64,000 bases of DNA from Octopus vulgaris (Eukaryota), in contig OX597817.1 of assembly GCA_951406725.2 (NCBI GenBank), positions 41,168,001 to 41,232,000 of the forward strand, written 5' to 3'. The position numbers were made by a program, and so were the translations under genes. Of the stretch, positions 37,720-50,699 are shown piece by piece; position 1 is the stretch's first letter; every line of letters begins with the position of its first letter. The notes under the pieces are model-generated. The model was not told the origin of the DNA. It worked only from the letters and a program-made list of their open reading frames with translations, and ran no database searches.

Positions 37720-40700
37720 ATGGTGAGCTTTATATAGTTTCTCTGTACCAGACTCACAGACTAGTCACTGATCAGCCTGAGGTGATTGAAGACGCTTACC
37801 CAAGGTGCCACACTGTAGGACTGAATCCTATACCTTGTGGTTGTGAAGCAAACTTCTTGGTTACACAGCCATACTGTCTAGGGGGACTAGCATCTTAGTT
37901 TTCATTAAACAGATTAATAATTAGGTTCAGGACAAGCTAAATACAATTAAAACTTAACAGACAAGCAAATATACAAGTAGGTAAACACTACATAACAACA
38001 AACACTCTATTCAAAAGAAAATCTTGGGCTCAAGGTATCAGAACACACCTCACAAGTCACATGAATTCATCTCATTTTTACAAACTAGAAATTTAAAACT
38101 TGTTATAATTATTATTCTTGCTTGATCATGATCAACTTGATAGCGATAAGAAATTTTATTTTTCATGATATCCTATTAATCTATTCTCAGTCATCTTTAT
38201 ATTATGTTACTTCATTCATGGAGATGAATATTCAATTTCTGTTCCAATTATTTCCACCACTCCAAGCTGCCCTTCCCTGCTAAAGAGTTTGTCTTCAATC
38301 TTTCATTGTTTACATTATCAGTCATTCTGAAAGTGTGCAATCTCTATTAGTCTACTTAAAATCTTGTTATATTTCCTGTGCACTTATTGATTGCTCTACT
38401 TGCTAAGCATTGATGTACTTTCTAACTAATTTTTCTACATAACTGACATTTAAAGATTTAGATGATCTTAATACCACGTATGGTCAGGTTAAGTTCTTTT
38501 CATTTAAGTCTTTTTCATCTATTTTCAAAGTATTCTTGCAAGTAATTCATTAACTGATTTCCAATGAAATCTTTGACTGAAGAAGGTTTCAAGAAGATTC
38601 AGACCTGAAGCTCCCCATAAAAGGCCAAGTTATCCTAAGGTCAGTCCGGACCAAGCAGGCCTATGATTAAAAGTACTCCAGCTTGACCATCTCATTTTCT
38701 ATGTATATATATATATATGACTACACTGTTCATGTTATTCCATTTCACAAGAAGGTGTGATTTTATTTAAGAGGGAAACTTGGTAGCTATTTCTAGCATG
38801 TTGAGCAACCATGTTGAAGCTTCTTTATAGGCTAAAAAACTAGAAAGAAAGTAGTAAGGAATCATACATTAGTTGTCACCTATCTTGATCTTAAATATCA
38901 CTATATTTGTGTCTATTCCAGCTAGCATTATAAGCTGCATATATTGCATATATCAACTAGTTAATCTCTTTAATCTGCTAGAAAAAGCAACTGAATCTCC
39001 CTCATATAATACCCTATTGTCTTAAAAAAGTTGGATATGCTGGAAATTGTAGGCTCAGTTGCACTATTTTTAGAAAAAAAAATGTCTATGATGGATCACC
39101 TTTGACCAAAGATCATATTAGTTGCAGTGTTGGGGCCGAGTAACAATACATGTTATAATATAAATCCAGACTTTCCTTTTGCTTTTCTGAACAGTTTATT
39201 TGCTTAGATTTTTTTAATGATTGCAAACTACACACATACACAAATCAAAAACATCATTCATGCATTTTGGGAGGACGAATAATATATAGCAACATTGTTT
39301 GCACACAGATTAAAGAGATCTTTCATGATGGAAAACTAAATTAATAAAATTTTTCTTCAATAATAACAACCCGTGTTTTATGCAAGGTACGTACAAGAGA
39401 AATTATTACAGAAATACTTGTTTTCAGATCTGGAGGGGAAAAAAGAAAAAAAAAAGAGTATTGCATCTGTTTACTTCCAGGCATCCTGAGTGCATTTTCG
39501 ATATTTTTCATATGTAGTCATAGACAATTCTGTCATATCAATTACATACATGCACATAAGTATACACACACACATGCATCCCTCCACACATCTATGTATA
39601 TGTTTATCGACACACAAGCATTAACATATATATATAACTGGGCAGAAGCAGAAAGAGGAAATGAAAGAACATTGATAATCTTTTGATGTTTTAATCTGTT
39701 CATTTTAAATCATGGAAATTTCAAACATTTTAATTTTTCTTTGATACTTCTAGCATATCAAGTAATATAAATAATAGCAGCCTGAAATTTTTATCATATA
39801 TGGTGAGAGTACCAGAGTGTAAATATAACATTTCAAATGTGCACGTTTCCTAAAAGCACTGCCTTCTTTTCTTTAATCTCACTAAACACAGAAATCATTA
39901 CATCTGTATATCTCTCTCTTAATATATATATATCTTCTAGGTGTTTCCAAGTCGATAAAAAATTCATTTTTAATGTAGTACTCACTACCCCTTATTATCC
40001 AGCATTTAATGTATTGACTAAAAATCTGTAGAATTAAGTAGCTCTGGGATGGTTATAACACAAAGATGTCAACAGCATAAAACAAAGGTTATGTGTTCAA
40101 ATTTTGCCTTTACCATTGGTCCCTCACTCAATATGGATTCTAATGTTGTAAGCATTAATGCAACACTCCTATTTCTGCTATGGAAGTTGATTAATTCCTC
40201 AACCCCAGTGAAACAAAAACATCACCATAGCAACTACATAAACACTAGCTTCTTTTAAATAGGTCCACCAGTGTTTTTATGTTATATACTCTGAGTTTGA
40301 ATGCATCTTTCTCACCATTTTACTTCTTCCTTCCATGCAGGCATGAGTTGGACAGGTTGCCATGGTCCAAGCCCATTCTTAATTGGAGTTATTGCTCTCA
40401 TATTCGTGTTGTAGGATTACATCTCATAAATACATTTAATTTTAGCATGGCTTCTAAGACTGGATTCCCTTCTGAAAACCAAGCACATTACAAAAATGTG
40501 TGGGTAGATTTTAGTGTGGTATTGGTACTTGAAAAGTCGTCATGTCCTCGGCCACAAATAAAGCATTATAGAGTATCCAGTATAAAAAAAAAATCAAATC
40601 TTGATCCATTGGATATCTTTTAGTGAATGGTGACGATGCAAGGGCACTGACTTGAAGTGTTTAGTTGAACGAATCAACCCCAGTACTTTTATTCAAGGTC

Positions 40701-41231
40701 TGGTACTTATGCTATTTATCTCTTTTATGAAACCGCTATGTTACAAGGACGTAAATAAACCACTACCAGTTGATAGGTGGTGCATGTGTATGTGTGTAAT
40801 CACAAATACATGCATACATACACATATGATGGGATTCCACACAATTTTTGTCAACCAAATTCACTCACAAGGCCAGAGCTATAGTAGAAGAGACTTGCCC
40901 AAGCTGCTGTGCAGTGGAACTGAACTTGATACCACATGGTTGCAAAGCAAACTTTTTAACCACACAGCCATGCCTGCACCTACTCTTTTACTTCTTTAAG
41001 TCATTTGACTGTGGCCATGCTGGAGCACTGCCTTTAGTCGAGCAAATCGACCCCAGGACTTGTTCTTTGGGAGCCTAGTACTTATTCTATCGGTCTCTTT
41101 TGTCGAACCACCAAGTTACAGGAACGTAAACACACCACCATCAGTTGTCAGGCAATGTTGGGGGGACAAACACAGACACACAAACATATACACACACATA
41201 CATACACACACACACACATATATATATATAT

Positions 41232-41715
41232 ATTAATTGTTATTGCCATATTAATATGGTATTCTTATAATATAAGAATAATCGCTGCCGCTGGTCAGCT
41301 CCATGAGGCCACCGCCTTAAGATAGCTATGGATACACGATCTGTATCCATTATAACCTTCGAACAAGTGGATGTATTCCACTGAAACTAGGTAAATATAA
41401 GCCTTCAAACAGAGACGTCAGTGGCGACACCTGCGGGGTCTGACTGCGCTACATTGACAAGGGGCAATACCCCGAAACGCGTCTGTAGCTGTCAGGACTG
41501 GCAGTGTGAAGCGGCTGACCTCCCTTGTTCGAAGGTTATAATGGATACAGATCGTGTATCAATAGCTATCTTAAGGCGGTGGCCTCATGGAGCTGACCAG
41601 CGGCAGCGATTATTCTTATATTATAAGAATACCATATTGATATGGCGATAACAATTAATTTCCAGTAAACGCTGTCGTAATCTCTTTTATAGAGACTTAG
41701 TAATTTTAATATTTC

Positions 41716-41718
<3 letters not shown>
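41232..41718 (+). mobile_element. Fold-back Penelope-like non-coding element inserted in the (TA)n of a family-3 SINE
   Basis: 136-bp inverted arms (41232-41367 / 41524-41659, three mismatches seen), 156-bp spacer containing a hammerhead motif, about 60-bp unpaired extension, (TA)n on both sides. Confidence 0.8.
41448..41489 (+). ncRNA. Minimal type-I hammerhead ribozyme motif (U3-A8 core variant)
   Basis: GCTACA-TTGACAA-GGGG(CAATA)CCCC-GAAA-CGCG-TC-TGTAGC: perfect stem I and stem II, intact GAAA, palindromic ACGCGT in place of stem III, GUC cleavage triplet. Confidence 0.8.
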
Positions 41719-41790
<72 letters not shown>

Positions 41791-42439
41791 TGTATATGTT
41801 TGTGTGTATATATTCCGTCTACCAAATCCACTCGTAAGGCTTTGGTTGGCCCGAAGCTGTAGTAGAAGACACTTGCCCAAGGTGCCATGCAGTGGGACTG
41901 AATCCGGAACCATGTAGTTGGTAAGCAAGCTACTTACCACACAGTCACTCCTGCACCTATATGAATTTTCCTTTAATTATCTCACTCATTTCAATTTTAG
42001 TTTGAAATTTCAAATTAATAAAATGAAGGTATTTTTGAAACAGCAATGAAGAAAGAGAAAAATTAAATTGAGAAATGTTTTGAATTGAAACTGAAATTTA
42101 ATTTTTAATCAAACTGCAGAGAGCTAAAATTCAATTTTGATTCTGTAAGGAAAATTCTAGATTTTTAACTTTAATTTCAATTTAAGTTTCAACTCAGATA
42201 TTTTGACTCCACTGATTTTAGTTATTTTTCAGTTTTATCAATTTAAATAAAAAAAAAAAAACCCCAAAAAAACAAACAAACAACCTCCCCTCCCCCCAAA
42301 AAAAGCCTTACATAAATACATACAAAATTTGTCATTCTGACTTTTAATAATACAAATACCCTTTATGGAGAAATTTATATTAAAATCACCACTAAATTGT
42401 GCCGATAACTAGTCAACGGAAACATTACATGGCCATTCA

Positions 42440-42810
42440 ATTATCAAAAAGAAGACCATTCAAATGACTGGCAAAGATTCAATCACTAAAACACTTCAAT
42501 CACTAGTTCACAGTCATGCCGTTTCTTTCCTTTATCTCTTTGATTGCTGTTATAATGATTTCTGCTCTTCTGAACAAGGAGCCAACTACATACCTTCGCC
42601 ATTCAAGACTATTTGTCCCATCTGTCTCTTGTAGTCTCACCACCCTTAGTGTCTCATCTACAAAACTTGACATTTAATATATTTCTCAATCTTTCTCCCT
42701 ACATCAGAACTGTGGCTCTCTGGAACCGTCTCAGTTCATATTTCTCTCTCCAGACACTAACCTATGGATGACCAAAATGAAGATCAGCTACATCAGTCTA
42801 ATAAGTGCAG
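42440..42810 (+). mobile_element. Decayed L2/CR1-group LINE ORF2 3' fragment
   Basis: Reads LQSLVHSHAVSFLYLFDCCYNDFCSSE and later RTVALWNRL, resembling the 'LQPLSHRR..ASL.LFY.Y..G.CSSE...SFFPRT..LWN.L' C-terminus of these LINEs. Confidence 0.55.
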
Positions 42811-43798
42811 AAGGACATCATGGCCTCCTACACTTGTGACATTTCATTGTTCCCTTCGACTAACTTAAAAAATAAAGTCCCTGAAATCAAAGCATTATTT
42901 TCTAACAACATGTTACTCATTTTGAAAGGGATTCAATATGGCAAAGCTAAGAAACAAAATTAAGAAGAATTGTGATCAGTCATTATTGCATTGACTGGCA
43001 TTGGGCATAACTGTTCTGTGATATTTGTTTCTAAGTCCTTACGTTCAAAGTTTAAATTCTGCCGAGGCCAGCTTCACCTTTTATCCTTTCAGGGGTTGAT
43101 AAAATAAAGCACTAGTCAAGTAATAAGGTCATTGTAATTGATTAGTCCTGCTTCCCTACCTAAATTACTGGCCTTGTGTCAATTTTAGAAAGAGTTATTC
43201 AAGTGGATGTTTTATTTAAAAATTTAGTTATCCAGTTGGTGTTAATGATGGGCACTCATTGACTTAGATATATGAGCATCTGGTTGTTTGATCAACTGAA
43301 CAATTTACTTATTGAATTAGCATGCAAGGTGGTTGAATATTCCTTAGACACATGGCCCTTGGGATTACAAGTACAATCCATATGAAAAGCTCTGTACAGC
43401 TTCTAGTTACCTCATTTTACTCACAATGCCAGGCCAAAGTTAACTCAAGGTTATGTATGGTAAATATACCTGTCACAGATGCTTCACAGCAGGATTGAAC
43501 CTTGGATTTTATGGTTGAAAAGTGAACTTCTTAACCACTCAGTCATGCCGTATATATTTCTGTTTAGTGATATTTTCATAAAGCATTCTGGCTGGTAATG
43601 GGATATGATATTTTAATTTGGAATTTAGTAACATGTTTATTCTAAAGCCAATTATTAACTGATAGGATTGAAAATGCTCTAATCCTGAAAACGACATCTG
43701 ATAATATTATTGCAGAGTAGAGACAATTCAAATAGTTTAAGATTAACCGGTGAAAATGGTCTCTACTTGAAAATGCAGTCTGGGTTGGAAGCTTGCAA

Positions 43799-43812
43799 GT
43801 TCCCATAGCAAC
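43799..43812 (+). promoter_or_regulatory. RFX X-box-like motif
   Basis: GTTCCCATAGCAAC fits GTHNYYATRRNAAC; overlaps a candidate cassette exon. Confidence 0.3.
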
Positions 43813-44816
43813 AAAGCCTGCACAGAAACACAGAAGGGTAGTAAATAGCAAAATCAAAATCAGAGTCACATAAGTAAAGCAAGAAAATAAGCAGTAGGTA
43901 TATTTTGGTATATAATAGGGATGTAAATATATATTGGAAAGGTATCTAATTATTAGGATTTAAATGGAGCTTATTACAATAATACAGCTTTAGCAATGTA
44001 AACCCCTATGCTGTGTATGAATGCCTGAGTGTCTGTATACACAGGGACACAAACATACATACATGCTATTGTATTCCATTATAGGAACACTCCATTGGTT
44101 ACGACGACGAGGGTCCCAGCTGATATGATCAATGGAACAGCCTGCTCGTGAAATTAACATGCAAGTGACGGAGCAATCCACAGACACGTGTACCCCTAAC
44201 ATAGTTCTTGAGGAGATTCAGCGTGACACAGAGTGTGACAAGGCTGGCCCTTTGAAATACAGGTACAACTTATTTTTGCCAGCTGAGTGGACTGGAGCAA
44301 CGTGAAATAGAGTGTCTTGCTTAAGGACACAATGCGTCACCGGGAATTGAACTCACGAGCTTACAGTCGTGAGCTGAATGCCCTAACCACTAAGCCATGT
44401 GCCTTCCCAATTATACTAACTCACTAGCCCACACAACCTGAAGATCTACCAGGCCGAGAGGAAATGGGTGGATCTAATGCATGTGTCAGCACATGGAAAC
44501 TAATCCCTGTGAGACACAGGATGAACCATGGCCAGATTCAGTACACAGATCCTGGAACGTCCAGGTGTTGCAAGCCCCAGACCCATGCAAAGTAACAGAA
44601 CTTCTCAACTTTTGAAATGAAATTTTAAATAATGACAAATGTTAGATTTGAAGCTCTAATGTCCAAAACTTACTCAGCACACACAGGACTGAGTCACCTA
44701 CAGCAGAATTGGAAATTCTAACATGTAAATCTCTGCACATTTCTGATACTCTGAAGTTAAATAGTACTGTAGCTGTACATACCAAAGTAGGAAAAGTTCT
44801 TTATTATATCTAAAGA

Positions 44817-45176
44817 CTAGCAGTATCGCCCGGCATTGCTTGGGTTTGTTTCGACCCTTTAGAATTGGAATTTTTGAAAAGTAAAAATTTTGTATTATGT
44901 AACTTGTTATTCTCTTTAAGTGAACATTTTTCTGGTTGAAATACACAGAAAAATGGCGACACAGCAGTCAAAAGATCGTAAAAAATAGCGATTTTCATAG
45001 AAAAAAAGCACCTTTTTGATGTAAATAATTTTTGGTGTTAACATGGTCCAACCCTTCTTCTATCATACTCTCAATTTTGGTCAACTTGCTCCGCAGGGTC
45101 TCGGAGGAAATAGTGTTAGTTGAAGGCAATCAAACCCTTTTATACACAGACAACTTCAGCTTTATATATATAGAGA
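44817..45176 (-). mobile_element. Non-autonomous Helitron (360 bp)
   Basis: Minus strand starts A|TCTCTATATATATAAAGCTGAAG and ends CCCAAGCAATGCCGGG-CGATACTG-CTAG|T: 5' TC, subterminal GC-rich hairpin, 3' CTAG, A/T insertion site, no TSD. Confidence 0.85.
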
Positions 45177-47057
45177 TATGCAAAGGCACTTGACCTGGTG
45201 GTTAGGGTGTTGCACTCATGATTGTTAGATCATAGGTTCAATTCCAAGACCAAACAGTGAGTAGTCTTCTTGAGTAGAACACTTTGTTTCACATTAATCC
45301 AGTCTACTCAATCGTAAATGGGTATCCCTGTGACAGAATAATCTTCTGATCACAAACGATGTTAGTCTGCTCACCCAGCCAGCAGTGTGGCATCATTTGA
45401 AAGCTAAAACAATGTGAAGTGCATTGTAACCAGTGATGTATAACATGAGAGTCTGGTCGATAACATGATACCATGATATCTAAAAATATATATTTCTTTA
45501 CTGCCCACAAGGGGCTAAACATAGAGGGGACAAACAAGGACAGACAAAGGAATTAAGTCGATTACATCGACTCCAGTGGGAAACTGGTACTTTATTTATC
45601 GACCCCGAAAGGATGAAAGGCAAAGTCGACCTTGGCGGAATTTGAACCCAGAACGTAACGACAGACGAAATACGGCTACGCATTTCGCCCGGCGTGCTAA
45701 CGTTTCTGCCAGCTCACCGCCCTCACCGATATCTAAAAATATATTGGAGTGTCTCATATGAGCTAGGTGAATACATTATCTTTTTTGTTCACTAAAACAC
45801 CAATTTAGATATGAGTTTGAGATGAGAAATTTTTTTTTATGGCTAGACATCCTCATTGTAAAATTGATAACAAGTGACAGTAATAAATTTAATTTTAAAT
45901 TCAGTTTAACCCTGATTATTTTAAACATTTTGACTACATTTCCTAAATCTTAAAATCTTTTCCCAGCAGAGGTCTAATTTTTATTGAGAAACAAATTATT
46001 GAAGTGAAAGTATTTACATATTTAAATTACTGTCATGAATAATAAGACAATTTGTTCAAGAAACCATTTAATAAGTTGAGTTACTAGTCCATTGGCACTG
46101 ATATATTTATCTACCCTGGCAGAATCTTATTATCTTAGTTTAATAATCTTTTGTGAGTGGCCTAGCTGCTCTCTTGCGTAACACTGGTGACAATAACATC
46201 TCTTTATTCCAACAAAGAATTTAAGCATCATAAAATAAAACTGAAACCTCAACTACCACCCACCACTGTTGGAATATGCAGACATTATGAATGAGTGGTC
46301 TCAAGCATTTCAACTAAAAATTAGGCCATATTTATTTGAAATATAGCGATCCATTTTAAATGTTTTATCAATCTCTAAAGTGCTATATTTTGGTTATTTT
46401 GAAGTGCACAACTTGGCGGTAGAGTCATAATAGAATGAACAATATGTGTAGTGGCATTTACTCCAGTACCTTGTGTTCTGAACCTTGCCTTTTTCCTTCC
46501 AGGGTCAAAGTACTAGTCTAGGATGGTGAATTGGCAGAAATTGTAAAGCATTGGATGGGATGTCTTGCAGTATTTAGTTTGGTTCTCTAGGTTCAAATTC
46601 AGCCATGGCATACTTGGGTGGAGGACTTAATCTGTCACCCAGTTAAACACAACCACCTGGTACCTTTAGAAGAGCCCACTCAATTGTAAGTGTTCAGGTA
46701 AGGTCTCCAGTTTAAAGATACTTTCCTCCCTCCCTCTAAACAATCTTGGGCCCAAATGTTTAAAATATCAAAAAAACTTTTTAATAAGATGTCTAACCCA
46801 TGCTAGCATGGAAAGCGGACATATGATGATGATGATGATGCTACTATGTTTTCTAAGAAAAGAAAAATTTTCTTGTCTTGTGTCAAGTATAAAAAATAAA
46901 TTTCATTAGAATAATGATAAATCTGCCATCTTCTGATTTTTCAGTAATTATTGAATTTAAAAAAAAATAAGTTTTGAGGAAGCACAGAGTTAACCATGAA
47001 ACACAAATCAGCAAACATTGGAAGTCAAAAGTGATGGATAATAAAAGGAAGTGTTAC

Positions 47058-47235
47058 CTTTCTTGTGCCCACTGTTGGTACTTGCGTTGTATACTGCTCT
47101 GTGTAGAGTTGCCTGGTGTCATTCGGTTCAGGTCAAATGAGGGGAATGGAAATGAAGGTGTACTTGGTGATACTAACTGGCTGCGCAGCATTTGCATTTG
47201 CCTTTCATACATCTGCTTCTGCCGTTCAAGAGCCT
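47058..47235 (-). CDS. KIF13A/B: KIF13A/B-like internal exon (coiled coil)
   Basis: (E)ALERQKQMYERQMQMLRSQLVSPSTP...SIQRKYQQWAQE(R), like KIF13 'ALERQRLMYE...QWAEER'. Acceptor catacag, donor gtaaca; 178 nt, phase 1 to 2. Confidence 0.95.
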
Positions 47236-48805
47236 CTGTATGAAAATTAGAGAAATACCACATATTACATGAAGAAAGTGCTAAAGTCAAAAGTCTAAGC
47301 AATTTAAGTGAAAGACCAGCAGGGAACATGGTTTTGGCAAGTAGTACAAGATTTACAAACAGGTAAAAAAAAAAAAAAGACAGAAAGAAAAAATTGAGAA
47401 TGGCAATGAAGATGAAATATGATATAGGTTTTTTTTTTTTTCAAAAGACTATTGATAAAGTAGAGTAATTTAGAAATAGCATTAAAAAGTTTATAAACCA
47501 ATGGTCTGTGGAAACTAGGTAACCCTTTAATGGCATTTACAGGAAGACAAAAAAAAATTAAATGAAAAACTGAGTGGCTGAGTGAACAAAACTGTTGTGT
47601 GTTGTGCATATTGATAAAGTTTCTAAGCATGAAAGGGATAAGTAGAGCTTTGAATAAAAGCAATGGAAGTTGTTTTTAATGAATTATTGATTCCCATACA
47701 GTCAGCAAGAATCAAACAATTCAGCATAAAGCTTCTAATAACTTATCTATAAAACATCAATAATGAACAATATCTAGAGGAATTGTAATCTAAGAAACAT
47801 AGAAAGTCCAATATCAAATACGGAAGAGATCTATTGTTTCCGGAGAAACAAATATTGAACTAGCCTTTACTCTGTAAAGCTTGAAAGAGACAAAACAGAG
47901 ACATTTGACTGCAAACACATCCATAGGTATATCTGTTTACTTATATACTCAATTATATTTAGCTGTCCTAGTTAATCTTCCATAGAAATATGCAAAGAGA
48001 TAGTTTTCTGGATTTGTACTTCAAAAGAGAACAGTCAATGAGAAGAGAAAAGAAGAGGAAAGAAAAAGAAAGAAAAAGAAAAAAAAAACAGAAAAAAACA
48101 CTGCACTTCCACTGTATTGTTAATTCTTAAGTAAATTTGTCTTTATATTGAAGCACAATGCTTGTGAAGAAATTTCTTTAAAGATGGTAATACAATTTTC
48201 TTTGAAAAACAGATAGTTCTGAAGATTTTGAAAAACCAAGAATCAATTTTAATTTCATCTGAAGAGAAGCATAGAACCCTAGGTACGTAGATATATTTAA
48301 TGAAACAGAACATTCTGGAGATTCAGCAAACCAAAATTGTAATTAAAGCAGTAATTGAAGAGTATATTTAAAATATACACACACATATACATGCGTGTAC
48401 ATACACACACACACACACACTTGCATGCACACACATACACGTGCATGCACACACAAAAATATGAATTTAATAACTGAAAGATTAACATGAAATACATCTG
48501 TTTATAGATACATGTAATACCAAAATATGTAAAACAAAATTTTTAATAATATTCGGCATGACAAGATTGAGAAAAAAATACATTAGAACAATCTTAATTG
48601 CTTCCTAAGGAAAAAACCCTCCAAAAAAACAAAAAGAAAAACATGTAAAAAGTATTAACAAAAATTATTGTAAAGCTCATTAGATGAAAAAAATCTGTAT
48701 ATACATGTATGCATCATTATCTCTATATATAATATATATATATATGTGTGTGTGTGTATATCTATTATCTATTATATTGTTTATACATGTGTGTGTATAT
48801 GTATG

Positions 48806-48863
<58 letters not shown>

Positions 48864-50469
48864 CACACACATTTATATATATGTGTGTGTTTGTGTCTAT
48901 CTATATTAAATATACATATCTCACTATTTCTCTCCTGCTATACACACACACAAACACACACGTGCATGTGTGAATAATGAATTTGTGTGAGAACCAATAT
49001 CCTCAGATTCATTCATGTGAAAGTGATAAAATTTCAAAACCATTTTTGTTGTTTCTAAGTAATAGAAATACTAAAAAGTTGGATTTCCAATTCAGCACAG
49101 TAGATTTAAATATTGATTTCTGTTGGCAATCATTAGCTACATCTGTCATGTACTTCTTTCTCTAACTGTTTAATCATACACCAAGTCAATTCTGGTATAT
49201 TCTAAAGAAATAAAAATTAATAAATGATATTATTATACATTGCAAGTTTGAGATAGAAGACAGAAGGAGGATCACTGATGAAATATGATCCAAAGTATCT
49301 ACCATTTTGGCGTTTATAATGAATAAGAATATTCACATAAAAATCATTGTCTTTCTTTTCTTTTATGCGCTTCTTCTTTGCTTTGCTAGCATGGTTTAAT
49401 TGAATATATTCTTTTCCACTCTAGGCACAAGGCCCGAAATTTGGGGGGAGGGTGCCAGTTCATTAGATCGACTCCAGTATGCAACTGGTACTTAATTTAT
49501 CAACCCTGAAAGGATGAAAGGCAAAGTCGACCTTGGCGGAATTTGAACTCAGAACATAAAGACAGACGAAATACATATTTCTTTACTACCTACAAGGGGC
49601 TAAACACAGAGGGGACAAACAAGGACAGACACACGGATTAAGTTGATTACACAGACCCCCAGTGCATAACTGATACTTATTTAATCGACTCCGAAAGGAT
49701 GAAAGGCAAAGTCGACCTTGGCGGAATTTGAACTCAGAACATAAAGACAGACGCAATACCACTAAGCATTTCACCTGGCGTACTAACATTTCTGCCAGTT
49801 TGCCACCTTTAAATATTCTTTTCTACTCTTGGAACAAGGTCCGAAATTTTGGTTAGATGAATATATTGTTGAGGCACTGTTTTATAGTCAGATGCCCTTC
49901 CTATCACTAAATATGTTACCTGTTTTTCAAGTAAGGAATCTGGCAAATTCCGACAATGTCACCACTTGTGATTCTGCAACTTTTGGAGACATGCAAATGT
50001 AAACAGACATAGAATATAGTTGCTTGTGTTCATACACACATGCAAACATGTATATTCTGCTGGTGACACATGAGAGGAACCCATGCTGGTGACACATTAA
50101 AGACACCCAGTACACTCTATGGAATGGATGACAAAGAAACCAAGCCAAAACAGACTGGAACTTGGAGTACCACCTTGGCTTACTAGTTCCAGTCAAACCA
50201 TCTAACCAAAACCAGTATGGTAAACGAACACTAAATGATGATGATGATGATGCTCCTTTCAGTTTCTATTTACCAAATCCATTCAAAAGGCTTTCATCAA
50301 CCTGGAGATATAGCAGAAGACATTTGCCCAAGGTGCTGTGCACTGGTATTGAACCAGGAGCCATGTGGTTGTCAAATGAACTTATTAACCACATAGCTAT
50401 GCCTGCATCTTTAGCAGCTGATTCTAAAAAATGACTAAGTTTACTATTTTACTGTGATTGTGACTCTGC

Positions 50470-50699
50470 TTAACCCTTTCATTACCGTATTTATTTTGAG
50501 ATGCTCTGTGTTTCTTTCAATTAATTTTAAATAAAACAAAGAATTTAGTAAAATAACTGAGTTATCATTAAGCCAGTGCTAGGAACACAAACTGCAACTA
50601 AGGTTTGGTGGAAGATTTTAATTCAGAACTTTTGAAAACAAGACATTTGTACTACAGAGCCAGAGGCAGTTTCAGCTGGGTTGGTATCAAAAGGGTTAA
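50470..50699. mobile_element. TTAA-flanked piggyBac-like MITE (second family)
   Basis: ttaaccctttcattacc ... ggtatcaaaagggttaa inverted termini with TTAA on both sides. Confidence 0.75.

Noticed and set aside
38577-38625. CTGAAGA-AGGT...ACCT-GAAG
   Set aside because: No GAAA, no UH triplet and no stem I partner.
44438-44480. CTGAAGA...GAAA spacing similar to a hammerhead
   Set aside because: Stem II out of register and no stem I; an alternative agatctacc/ggtggatct pairing explains the symmetry.
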